The position numbers were made by a program, and so were the translations under genes. The notes under the pieces are model-generated. The model had not been told where the DNA came from and did no database searches. It saw only the letters and a program-made list of their open reading frames with translations. Positions 25,801-37,229 of a stretch of 64,000 bases of DNA are shown here, piece after piece (positions within the stretch are counted from its first letter, which is position 1; each line of letters begins with the position of its first letter). This DNA is from Ascidiella aspersa (lineage: Eukaryota). The stretch covers positions 31,372,001 through 31,436,000 of the forward strand of contig OZ004610.1 in assembly GCA_963924565.1 (NCBI GenBank), in the 5' to 3' direction.

Positions 25801-27123
25801 GTGTTGCTTAACCTTTTTTACTTGGGGGCGCACCTAGAGACGTATAGAAACGCGGCGGCGCACCTTGCGAGCGAAGCGTGCGCGAATTTTTTTGAGGTGT
25901 ACCTTTATTTCTCTTACATTGCTTGCAATTTTTTATTATATAGGCTTTATAGTTGCATATCTTAAAAGAGACTCCAGCCTTGAGACCAAAAACGTTATTT
26001 TGTCCATTAAAGTCTTATTCCGATTAATTTTGGACTTATTTCGACAAGGTTTTTCCTTTTGCTCGCGGCGCACCAAGCAACCTTCCATGGCGCACCAATG
26101 CGCCGCGGCGCACCGGTTGAGAAACGCTGCAATAGCCAATTGAGAATAGCTCAAAAGGAATCATACAAGAGCTATAATATCAATAAATTTGGAAAGGGGT
26201 GCTAGTGAAAAAAAATTAAATAATTAAAGATTCTAGTTCAACCTAACATTTAAAGCGACACCACATTTCGGTTTAAATAACATGCGTATTATTATTAGAC
26301 TTAATAGGACGACATTAGAGATGAATAAAAGTGCTAAATCAGTGGTTCTCAAAGGGAGCCACTTGGCCCACTTAAGAATATTTTTTTTAATTTGGGGTGG
26401 AAATTTATTCCAGGGAGGAATTGGGGTGGAAAAATGGATGAAGAAAATAATTTTTATAGTTTACTATGCCCATAATCTAAGTCCATTGTTTCTTCACAGT
26501 TAATTAAGAAATATACATCAATGAAAGAATTTTACATAGGTATAAAATAAAAACCTACGTCATACGTTCAAACAAACTCAACTTTCAGACGATTAACGCA
26601 TCCAAATTTTGTAACAAGTCTTGGCTTTTGGCGCAGATGTGTCCATTGCAGTTTTACATATTTTTATTTTCTATTTTTACGATTTTATTCCTGTAGGTTT
26701 GATTTTCTGTCGGCAAGTTTTATCAAAGTAGTGAATAAACAAGTAAAATACTTGTGTTTTTGCTGGGGAGGAATTTTCAGTGCTTGCGCTTAAGTTATAT
26801 GAAAAAAAATTGAGAACCACTATGCTAAATAAACATACATGAATCGTCACTTTAATTAAAATATAACCTAAACATCACAGAGGTTCCAAACTTTGGTTCA
26901 AGAATGCCCAACCAATGCTTTTAAATTGAATTTAGACGGTTCGTTTTCCGGTCACTACTCTTTCGACGGCAAGTGCGTCCTGAACAGCTGTACCGAGGCG
27001 CTGGTAAAAGCATACGAGAAAGCGATGAACGACTGGCAGAGTCGAATGGCAATTCACCAGAAGGCATACGATCGTTGGTCGTCCGACCACTGTGGATGCG
27101 ACTCGTGCCACCGCGAAGAATGA
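22849..27123 (+). CDS. Secreted Ser/Gly/Asp/Pro-rich tandem-repeat protein with probable Cys-containing C-terminal domain (unknown family, ~996 aa)
   Basis: Signal peptide MKIAIILLLLVCISLWKTTKA, then a large exon 22849-25555 (donor G|GTAAAT). Best phase-compatible continuation is 25715-25755 (EKGVSKPLNAVHFC; weak GTTAAG donor) and 26881-27123 (RFQTLVQECPTNAF...CVLNSC...HCGCDSCHREE*), with AATAAA at 27221. The first exon is secure; the 3' exon linkage is less certain. Confidence 0.75.
22972..24963 (+). repeat. Coding tandem repeat, 57-bp unit (consensus GSVEDNDGSPVGST[N/K/E][G/S]GSP), ~34 copies plus two 27-bp half units
   Basis: Period measured directly (22972 to 23029) and units counted in the translation. 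Degenerates into Lys-rich variants to about 25480. Confidence 0.97.
25799..26129. mobile_element. hAT-type MITE
   Basis: TIR cagtgttgcttaacc / ggttgagaaacgctg; TSD atatagcc/caatagcc. Confidence 0.8.
26340..26822. mobile_element. hAT-type MITE
   Basis: TIR cagtggttctcaa / ttgagaaccacta; perfect TSD tgctaaat. Confidence 0.88.
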
Positions 27124-28739
27124 AGAGATTAGGCTGTTTAATTCGAACTATGATTTCTGCATCGACTTTGAATGAACGGCGTGGACCGTTCCTGACCTAG
27201 CATTGTACAAAATTGTTGTAAATAAATTGAGCACTGCTTTATAGCGATTTCTCGCTCAGAGAACAGGACAGTGATAAATGTTAGCTTATGCTACTGCGAC
27301 CAAGGCAAACATAGAACACCCAATGGCGAAGGTCAGCTTTTTATGTTAAAACCTCCATCAACATGACAAAAACAATTTCCCAAACTCTAGTAAACTCTGT
27401 GACGTCTTCTATTTCTCTAATGTTTTCTTCTAAAATATTTTTTATTTATTATGTTTAAATGTTTTCACCTTTACCCTTGATTTCGACCGTCCGAGTAAAT
27501 AAGCCTCTTTCTCGACTTCTCCAGCAAATATATACACTTACAAAAATAAAAACTTATCGAAATGTAACAGTCCACCTTTACAAGAGCGAACATGAACCTG
27601 AATTAAACTCTCATTTAAAAGCATAACCTTTTTTCGTTTAGAACACAACAACAGTCACAATTTGACAACCTGTACTTCACACCAACAAGACACTATAAAA
27701 CTTCAATCAAAAACGTACAACAACACTACACACCGCATCTTTTCACGTTCAATAACTACATTTGTGTCGGCCAGTAACAATATTAGAGTTTAACGCAGTG
27801 CAAATTTGAGCAAATTTTCCCCTATGTGTATACTTGAATGAAACAAACGCTTTAAAGGCTATAGCTTGTCATGTCAATGCGGGGTCGCACAACTTTTCTA
27901 CAAGCGGTAAATTTTAAATAGATAAAGGAAAACAGCAACTAAAAATCGTAAAAATGGGCTTTAGACCTTTAATCTTAAGGCAAATTGCTAGTCTATACAA
28001 GCCTAGCTACTTAAAAAATAATTTAAAATTGATTATTGCTCCATGTAAAAACAAAATTTGGTAGTAATATTACGAATCGGGGATTCAAGCAATACTTAAG
28101 CCTTTTTAGATCCATAAATATGAAATGGTAAAAAGATCTTGACCGTTGTGATAAACCAATCAAGGTTATCATCCACCAAAATTGACAGGTTTAATTGAGA
28201 TTCACTATCCTAGACTAAGACGCTTAGGACTTTAGCAGTGTGGTAACTACGTTACCTTTTATAAGTGTTTATACCTATCTTAAATCACAGGTTAGTATCG
28301 CAGAAAATTACATCTAAATAATTAAAAGACAAACTGTAAACAAGAAACCAAAGCATAATCAAACACCTGATTGTCCCAAACATTCATGGTATTACCACTG
28401 ACGGTTTCGACCAGATAAACCGTATTCAAATATATGTTCAACGTTGTGCTATCCAATCAGTACTTTTATGGTTAGCTTAAAAAGACTGTAAATGCGAAAG
28501 AACGTGTTGAAATGAAGTCCAGCAGTAATTACAAATCTGGTGTTTTAACAGCACTGTATCCTAGTTATCAAATGGCGGATAATGTCATAGGGGCGGATCC
28601 ATGGTGCACCAGGTCATTGGCCCTCCCATACCATATTTTTTTCCTATTTTAACTATATGTAAGTGCGAATTCTTGGCGGTTATTAGTATTTTTTTGTCCT
28701 TATCAGGAAGTGCATTTAACTACAAAGCGCCGCCGGCGC

Positions 28740-28975
28740 CGGGGGATAATGGTAGAGGGTAAAAATTGAGTTAGGGTTAAAAATTTTGGAGGAGTTACGG
28801 ATGTACTTAGGGGCGAGGTTTAGGGTTAGGTAAAGGGTTGTATAGGCCTGATTCTGATCATTAAGGTCTTATTTTATAGATTTAGGCCTTATTCTGATTT
28901 AGACGTTATTACGACTATTAGGTAGTGGTCCTGTTTTGGCCTTATTCGGAACTGTGTTTTGGTCCAACGTTTTTT
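28740..28975. repeat. Interspersed repeat containing GGGTTA-like tracts; inverted copy at 31560-31770
   Basis: ggccttattctga/tagggttagg motifs appear reverse-complemented at 31560-31770, where the copy is flanked by a ~28-bp direct repeat (31479-31507 / 31773-31800). Confidence 0.65.
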
Positions 28976-29403
28976 TTTTATATGGCTGGAGTTTTTTACG
29001 AGTCCTACGGTACCGCATATTTGCAAGCCATTCTAAGTTATATATATAGCTATGCCTCGTGATGCTTTTCGCGATTAGTTCAACGTGGACCGGCACACCA
29101 ACATCCGATTGCGCAACAACGCGCTTTAGGTGAAAGTTGAGGCGAGTTTCCGTCTGAGCGTTTAAATATGTACGGTAGTCACGGCGACGCAACCAGTTAA
29201 TCGATCGGCGAGTTAAACGAAAGCGTTTAGCCGTGGCGTGGTCCCGTGGAACTGCACCTGCAAAAACAGTTCCCTTGTCGTCTCTAGGCGATTTCAAAAC
29301 AAAAACTCAAACTGGCGAGAATGCCTTTCAGGGCTAATTTCATTAGCGCCGATAAAAACCAATGACGGTGCGAAAATGAAGGTCCTTTCTCCGTCTTTAG
29401 GGA

Positions 29404-29410
29404 TATAAAA
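29404..29410 (+). promoter_or_regulatory. TATA box of the SOD-fold gene
   Basis: TATAAAA about 65 nt upstream of ATG 29472, which starts a signal peptide. Confidence 0.55.
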
Positions 29411-29471
29411 GCGAGTTGGGGAACGGTAATAGCATTCTCGTTTTGACCTGGAAACTGAGTGAAGTGGTGCA

Positions 29472-32400
29472 ATGGAGGGAAAACGTTTCCTTGAAGTTTT
29501 TGGGATTCTCGTCCTGTGTCTCTGTGGTTTAGTTCGGTCTGATGCAGGTAACTATTGTGATTTTTTTTTTAATTTGAATTTAAAAATTAGTTACAAAACT
29601 ACAGAACAACTGAAAATAAACGGGTCGTAAGCTTGATAAATTTACCGTATGACACTGTGTTTTGACTATAAAGCAAAGGAATTGGAAACCACTCCGTTCA
29701 CAGAATTTTTCGTAAGAGAACAGACTTATATTAATTTTATATTAAGTTAATGTTCCATATTAAACAAAACGAAAGACCAAATGAATGATTTTTACCTAGA
29801 GCGCATTTTTCGTACGGTTAAAACCGCTTGATTACACATGACTTTAACTTTTAATTAGAAATAGATAAAAAAATCGGAATCATTGCACACAGTTATGCAT
29901 TTTTCGGTAATGTTCCCCAGTTAAACATATATGTTGTCTAGCGCTTTAATCAACTAATATGTACCTACATTACAAATCGGCACATCGAAAAAAGTTGAGG
30001 AACGCATAAAAAAGGAATAACAATAACCGTAAAGTTTCTTCAAAATTAAAAAAAATTACTTAGTATTTGGTTTTCGAAACCAATATACCTAACATAAAAA
30101 CGCATGTTTTCGCAGACGCATCACCAGGAACTCCCGTCGCCGATGCTCCAGGTGTGTTAAAAAAGCAAAACATAACAAGTTTTTCGTTTATTCACTATTG
30201 CGCTACAATTTGTAACCGTGCGACTTAAATTTTTTAATTGTTTGAACCGAATGGAGTCCCTATTTATCTAAATCAGGGCTTCTTAAACTGGGGTCTATGA
30301 ACCCCTTGGGGGTACGTAAAATAATTTTAAGTGGTCAATGAGGCCCTTGTTGAAATATTAGTGTATATTTGAAAAGTAATGTATTTTTCAAAGAAACGTG
30401 TTGAATTAAAAATAACACGTTTTTGCACTGAATGTATTTTAGACTCCATTGCGCTTTTACATTTTTTGGACCCGCAACAGCAGATTTTTAAAGTTGTATT
30501 GTGACATCAATTTCTGCCGTTATCTCTAAAATTCCTTGCCTACACTGTTCCACGCGAAAATTTTTTTTTGTTACAGGACTGCGGTAAAGAAGTTTAAGAT
30601 CCCCTGACCTAAATATATAACAGACATGCGACCCCTACAATAAGTTTTTGCTTATCATTTTAATATTATTAACTTTATACGACTATGTACACTAAAGACA
30701 ATTAAACATAGCAGAGCTTTGTGTCATTTTGGTTTGCGTTTTTGTTACTCTAGTACCTGGATTAATGGCCGCACTGAGCTTGCCCGAACCAATGCCAGCT
30801 TACGTCGAAGAAGCAGGTGTTTTTTTAATCATAAGTGTCGTACTGTGTTGGTGTTGTCGTTACCTAATTGAGTATAGCAGACAAATGGGAAATGAATATA
30901 AATTTTCTTTTTTTTTATTTAATGTTATGGCTTTTCTTTATATCAAAAATTTAACATAAATGAACACAATTTAGAGGGGTTTAATTACTATAAAAATTGT
31001 TTTAAAAAAAATAATGTATTTTTATCCGTTTATTCAACACGCCAATGAATTAAAAAATCCAGATAAAATAACAACAATTCGATTTCGGTAAAAAGCGCAA
31101 GTGTACTTTACCTATTTGACACTAATCAAATTTTAGGTACAAAAATGTTGACTAAATAGTCTCCCTCAATCAAGTCAAATGTGTCATAATAACAAAGGTT
31201 TTTTCCGCAACAGGACATTTCGTAAATGTAGCGTCGATAACTTATTTAAAGAAAGAATGTAATAACTTATCGGAGGTGTTTAATGCTGACATTATATGGT
31301 CGTTTATCACTAAACCCTGTTGTTTGAATTTAGTTGCCATAAAGGGCGGGGCAAACTTCGACAACGACGTTTTTGAGGGCAGCGTTACGCTTTCTCATGA
31401 ACTGGCTGACGGTGCGATGACAAAGGCAATGGTGCAATGGGATGTGAAGGGAGACTCGGCGGTAAGAGGTTTTACTTTCTTAGTCGAAGTGTATAAGTTA
31501 TTCTAAGCCAAACTTTTAACGGATGCCAGCCATAAGACCGAGATAAGAACAATACCAACGTCGAAATAAAACAAAATTCGGAAAAAAGGCCAAAATAGGA
31601 CTAATAACCTAATGGTATTAGTACCGTTTAAATCGGAATAAGTCCTAAATCCGTCGGAATAAGACCTAAAATGTCAGAATAAGGCCCAAACAACACTTTA
31701 ACTAACCCTAAACCCCACTCCTTAGTACACCACAAACTCCCTTAATAATTTCAACACTAACCAATTCACTTTTTAGTCGAAGTGTACAAGTTATTCTAAG
31801 GTAAAGTTATAGCATTCTGTCAAACATCTGTTGATTTGATTTTTATTATTGGCTAAACGTGTTTTGTCAAAAAAAAAGCCTAATACAGGTTTAAAACGGC
31901 AAAAAAGTGAACGGCAATAGAAACCAAAAATAGTACAAAACTATAGCATTAGCAGGTGTTATATATGTCCATTGAGAAAACACGTTTTTTGCGATTGTAT
32001 TTCTTCACAGCGTTTGATATCTGAGTAACAGCTGTTGATTTAATTATTTATAGCTAAATGTGATTTTGTCAATTTTAAAAAGCCTAGTACATATCGAAAA
32101 AGGAGCCAAAATACAAAGCACCACGTTTTTAGTACATCATTAACTAAGGCTAAATGTGCTGATTTATTTTGGAAACTGTAATTAAAATACGGCCACGCAC
32201 ATATTTTAAGCACATTTTTAAAGGAAACGGCCACGGTTTACATCAGCAAACTTGGTGCAACGGTTGAACAGTGCGCAGAGGGATATATCGCAGAAAATTA
32301 CAATGCAATCACCGGAGAAATCACGATCCCAGTGTAAGTAAATACTGTATATCAAAAAACATTCGTTCGAATTAAGATATATTGACGATGTCTTTGCCGG

Positions 32401-35400
32401 CGAATTATTTATATATTTTTTAAAATCTTTTTAATAGTGTCTGGTCTGAATAGCTATCTTGGTTAGATTTTGTTTCTGTTTCAAAAAAAGCAACAAGTAA
32501 AGTAGGTTAAAAACGACGCGGAATGTACGACGACTGATTCACAGTGGATTCTTTAAGGCTTTTAAACGGAGTAACAATACGTAATTTAACCAAGCCTATT
32601 TTAAAATATACTTTTGCTGCCAGGCATTGTTTCAATTGTAAAATTGCTCTTCCGGCAAAATTGTTCTTTCCGTTGGTAAAATTTTGCCGAAAGAACAATT
32701 TAACAATTGACAAAACTAAAAATGTTTTTCAACACAATGAGAAGATAAAACATGTTAATAAACTACGAACCGCTTTATCGAACCATGTACATTTTGTTAC
32801 AAGCAAAATATTGTTTTTATTTTTAGTGACAAGCCGGAAAATGGTGTAGAGGTGGATCTATCGATCAACCTCAATCTTACTGGCGGCGAATACTCAGGTA
32901 AGAAAACGATTTCATCGAGTCACACTATATAAAACCAGGGATGCGGAGTCGGTTAATTATAACCGGCTTAAAATAAACCTGAGGCTCAGGTAGTTTAACG
33001 TGGAACTACTACTAAAACCAGGGCTGCCCAGTTATCATTGAATCACTTTGTACAAATTACTCTGTTTTTCTAAATGAGAATTTTAAAGGTATTTTGTCGG
33101 CCTGGCCTAACCTCTAGCAAAAGAGATATTTGCAAAACAGCTTTTAAAATTATCTGTTTTAATATATTTTTTCAATTGCAAATTAAAATTGGGTAAACGT
33201 ACCGGATTAAACGCACCACGGGCGCGAATTCACATGTAAACATTATTTTGCAGTAAATGCTTAATGTTATTTGCTTTAGGATAACGTCAAACAACTGCTG
33301 TGGATGGGTCACTTTGCAATTTTACCAAACAAGTCTAGATACGCTAACCTTCGGTTTTATGTTGTTGTACAGTTTGGGACAAAGTTTTAGCTGTCAAGAT
33401 TGGCGGACAGCTTTACTGCTCAAGAATCGGCATCAAGGATAGCGAGGGTTTGCAACAGATCAAGTGGCGGTTCCCTTGCAGTATGGGAAGAAATGGAGAT
33501 TGGTACGACTAACTTTTCCTAAAACACTTATTTGCGCTGCGTTAACGTAGAGTAACTAAAGGGATTTTTGTAGTAACGGGGAATTTAAACTGATTGATTC
33601 AAGTTCGGATAACGGCAAAGATTTTGCACTCATTTCAAACATACCTTAATTATTTCTTTCCGTGAGTAATGTCGGATTCTGTTTTTACTCGGGTTTTTAA
33701 GCTTTGAGTTTTATTGTTAACATACGCATCAGCGGAACAGTGATCGACAAACTTAAACCTGCTGCCAATGGTTTTGGATTTCATAGAGATACGCCCTTTA
33801 ACACATTACTTATTTGTTAGCACGCCAAAATAGTCAGGGGCCATGCAGTAAATATGTCCGTTGAACTACAGGGGCTCGTTCGCTGACGCATTGAATGCGG
33901 CGGGATTGTCTATGAATGTGATACAGCCAGTTACATACAACGGAGAGTGGATTAGTGAAGGGGAAGATGGCTGCTGCTTCACGAAAATGCTCATACAAAA
34001 AAGCATCAGTAAGCGTTCGCATTCGAATCTAACGTTATTTTTACTGAAAGACATCATATCTGTAAAGGGATACGCTATGCACGGGTCTGTAATGTAGTTT
34101 GATAATAATAAATGGCAAAGCCAATAAAGTTAAGATCTTAATTAAGACGTTTCAAAACGAATTGTATAATCTTTAGTTAGTGTCATCTTCAGTTAAACAT
34201 GAACTAAAGATAATACAATCTCGTATCAAAACGTTTTAATTAAGATGATGTCGATCTACTTACCCTTTTTGGCTTTGTAGCCTAATTCATTATCAAACTA
34301 AATATTTACAAAGTTTACACCTTGTTCATACCATTTTTGTGGCCTTATTTCTAATTCTAAATAGGGTAATCAGGTGGCACTATATTAACACAAATTGTAT
34401 TGATTTTTGACAAGCTTTCGTAAACCGTGGTTCATCAGCGTTTTACTTGACCTGATGAAGCATGGTTGTGCGTAAGCTTTTAGAGAATTTAATACAATTT
34501 GTCTTTACATAGTGCCACCTGATTACATTGTTCATAGTTAAATATATAGTTCAGCCACAAACACAAATGATTAACGCAAAACCTTCGGTCGTCTGTACCA
34601 CCTGGATAAAGTAAGAATGTTTCGAAAAGCTTTATCTTTACGTATGGGTGTCGTTTTTTATCATGAAAGTTTTAAGTTAAGTTCTATCTAAATTTTTGTA
34701 ACCTCGACAGTTCCGAATCGAAGATATTGGTAATAAATTTCTACTTAAAAAACGATTATTTGGTTGTCAGGTCCGCACACAAGCATTTAAAATAAATCAC
34801 TAATCATGTATAAGATCGACCGAGTTGGATTTTAAAGACACAATGGATCACAACATTTTTTGACAACTGGCTTGAAACACACAAATACATGTCTGTGATT
34901 TATAAAAAAAACAGTCGCTAAGTGTCGCGCGAGTGCAATACAAAGTTCGATTAAAAAAACAGCATTATAACAAAAAAACAGTAAATAAAAGATTGGATTT
35001 TAAATTTAAATATTAAATCGAATCGGTAAATAAGCTTTTAAATTTGATTTCGTGATTGATTTGAAATAATGGACAGATTTATAATATTCCCCGATTTATT
35101 TTTTTTAGATAAGGCAGATAAGGATCTGATCAACAACGCAGCACAACCCGGCAAATTCGGCGTTTACTCAGCGACCAACATTTGCAAAGTCTATTTTGGA
35201 AATTCGGGTAAGACCTGTTTGGAAAATACGTTTTATCATAATATATACGCACCTTAAAAAAAACTTTAAAATATTTATACATTTTTTTGAAACGAACCAA
35301 GGAACTCTTGCGCGATTTCAGGGGTTGTTTCTTGTCGCTTGAAACATTTAAAAAATCCAATAAAAAACTTGCTTAAAAACAATCCTTGTTTCAATATTAA

Positions 35401-37229
35401 TTTATAAACAAAGCTCGAAACACTGAAATACATATAAAAAAAAACGCTTGCTAATAAAACAACGTATGATGCCTCTGAAAGGCTTACCAAAATTAGCCTA
35501 ATCAGGATTTTAGAAACGGCTTGATTACAGGTTACACACATTATACACAATGTCGCTTACTCACTTTCCAGTATTGCATGTAATATTCGTATTTTTGTGT
35601 AATATATGCCATTAATTTATTTTCTTAGAACTTTAAACTAAAACTTAAAACCTTAAATTTAAAACTAAAACTTGAAACTAAAACTTCTAACTGGAAACCT
35701 TAAACTTAAAACTAAAACTTGAAACTTTGATCGCAGTCTTGAAGGATTTCGCAGAAGAAATGATGAAGGATACCTCGAGCAAAGAAACTGACAAATACGA
35801 GCGACCAACGCAGCAAACGAGCTGCAGCAGTGGTGGAAACGGTGCGGCCTATCGCCTTTGGAAAAGCAAGTTCGATGAGTGGAACGCTGCGTGGAACAAC
35901 TACAAGTACGACAGCGGAATGAGCATTGGCGGGCAGCAGTGGGGAGACGACAGTTACTATGGCGGAAGTCAACCTCAAAAGCCTGTCACCGCCATTGACC
36001 AGCTGCTGTACGATTTTGGCTTATACACCGCTGAGAAAATGGAGGAAAGAAAGCAGGAAAGCATCCAGGCGCTCGAGGTTTCGATCTCACAAATTAAAAG
36101 AGGTGAAGACTTGCGTCACGTCGCTAACGACATCGTCACCACGCTGTGGACACAAAACGAGTGGGTCCGCAAACCTGAGGAGGTCAAGGCAGTCATGAAA
36201 GAGATCCTTTGCCGCATCGTGGGTAGCCCTAACGCTGAAGAGGCCGTCGGTCGCATCAGGACTCTTCTACAGGGTCTGCAACCAGGTTCAATGGACAACT
36301 TGGAGGAAGTGTTGGATAGAATCATACGCTATTCGATTCTCAGGGCCATTGAGTCGAAAGACTACGGTATGATGGTGCGACAAGTCTTTGCCGACCGTTC
36401 CAGAACCGAACTCCTGCGCAAGAAGTTTCTAGAAGGACTCGGTCTTTACGGCGCCAAGGAAGCCTTCACGCACTTCTCTGTTGACGCCTTCGCCGATGGT
36501 ATGATAAGCCAGGCGAACGCCTTCAACCAGACCGTCAAACTCTTCAGGGAAATGGACTTACACAGCGACACTCAGCACATCTTGCGTGCGGTTGCCAACC
36601 TGACTGGACGTTTCACACACCAGGTCGTCGACAACTTGGCTGACATCATCAAGAACACCGAAGCCGAAGTGGAATTGAACTATTTTATCGAGCACGCCAT
36701 TAACGACGTTATCAAGTTCGGCAACGCTTCGTTTACCGCTGATCTGAAGAAGCTGCTCCGCGACGACGCCCAGTATCCAATCAGTGGCTTCCCTCTGCGC
36801 CTGATGATCTTCCTTATCCAGCCAGAACGGGAGTCCTGTGACCTGGAGGCTCTTAAAGAATACGTTCCACGTCGTGACGACTGGGACATGCCGGAACCAG
36901 TCCCGACCCCGGGTTGGGAACAACCTGGATGGTCAAACAACTACGGAAGCCTGCCGAGATACGACCAATGGGGAGCAGGTAACGCCTGGGGCGGGCAAGG
37001 ATATCAAGGTAACAACAGGCAGGGCCAAGTCCAGGGCGGTTGGGAGCAGCCTAGACGATCCAACAACTATGGAAGCCAGCCACAATACAACCAATGGGGA
37101 GCGGGTAACAACTTTGGTGGACAAGGATATCAAGGCAACAACATGCAGGCGCCTCAGTTGAATCGCTACCAAGGACAGCAACGATACGGCGGGAACGGGA
37201 ATAGAAACGGAGGCTTTAACGGCTGGTAA
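29472..37229 (+). CDS. Secreted protein (~780 aa): degenerate Cu/Zn-SOD-like domain, Cys-containing domain, helical region and G/Q/N/Y/W-rich tail
   Basis: Hand-spliced exons 29472-29547, 30116-30151, 30754-30816, 31334-31461, 32224-32333, 32827-32897, 33373-33502, 33872-34008, 35109-35207, 35737-37229. Total 2343 nt, open frame, all GT-AG, phases compatible. Signal peptide MEGKRFLEVFGILVLCLCGLVRS; AATAAA at 37543. The SOD-fold assignment is by eye. Confidence 0.85.
30274..30606. mobile_element. hAT-type MITE (degenerate relative at about 8008-8277)
   Basis: TIR cagggcttcttaaact / agtttaagatcccctg; TSD atctaaat/acctaaat. Confidence 0.85.
34095..34300. mobile_element. Palindromic hammerhead-like repeat, family D
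   Basis: Arms combine to the consensus TTAA CTGAAGA T GATAC-loop-GTATC GAAACGTY TTAA; each arm alone is degenerate. Confidence 0.55.
34351..34535. mobile_element. Palindromic hammerhead-bearing repeat, family A (longest copy)
   Basis: Inverted arms of about 90 bp centred near 34442, each with a degenerate CTGATGA-stem-GAAAGCTT-GTCAA motif. Family members also at 18708-18765, 44648-44773 and 53758-53868. Confidence 0.75.
35628..35728 (+). repeat. Low-complexity AAACTT/AAAACT microsatellite-like run before the last-exon acceptor
   Basis: Repeated aaactt/aaaact units are visible directly. Confidence 0.7.
36912..37142 (+). repeat. Two imperfect coding repeats with 126-nt period (GWEQP..SNNYGS.P.Y.QWGAGN..GGQGYQGNN)
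   Basis: Copies start at 36912 and 37038 in the last exon. Confidence 0.9.
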
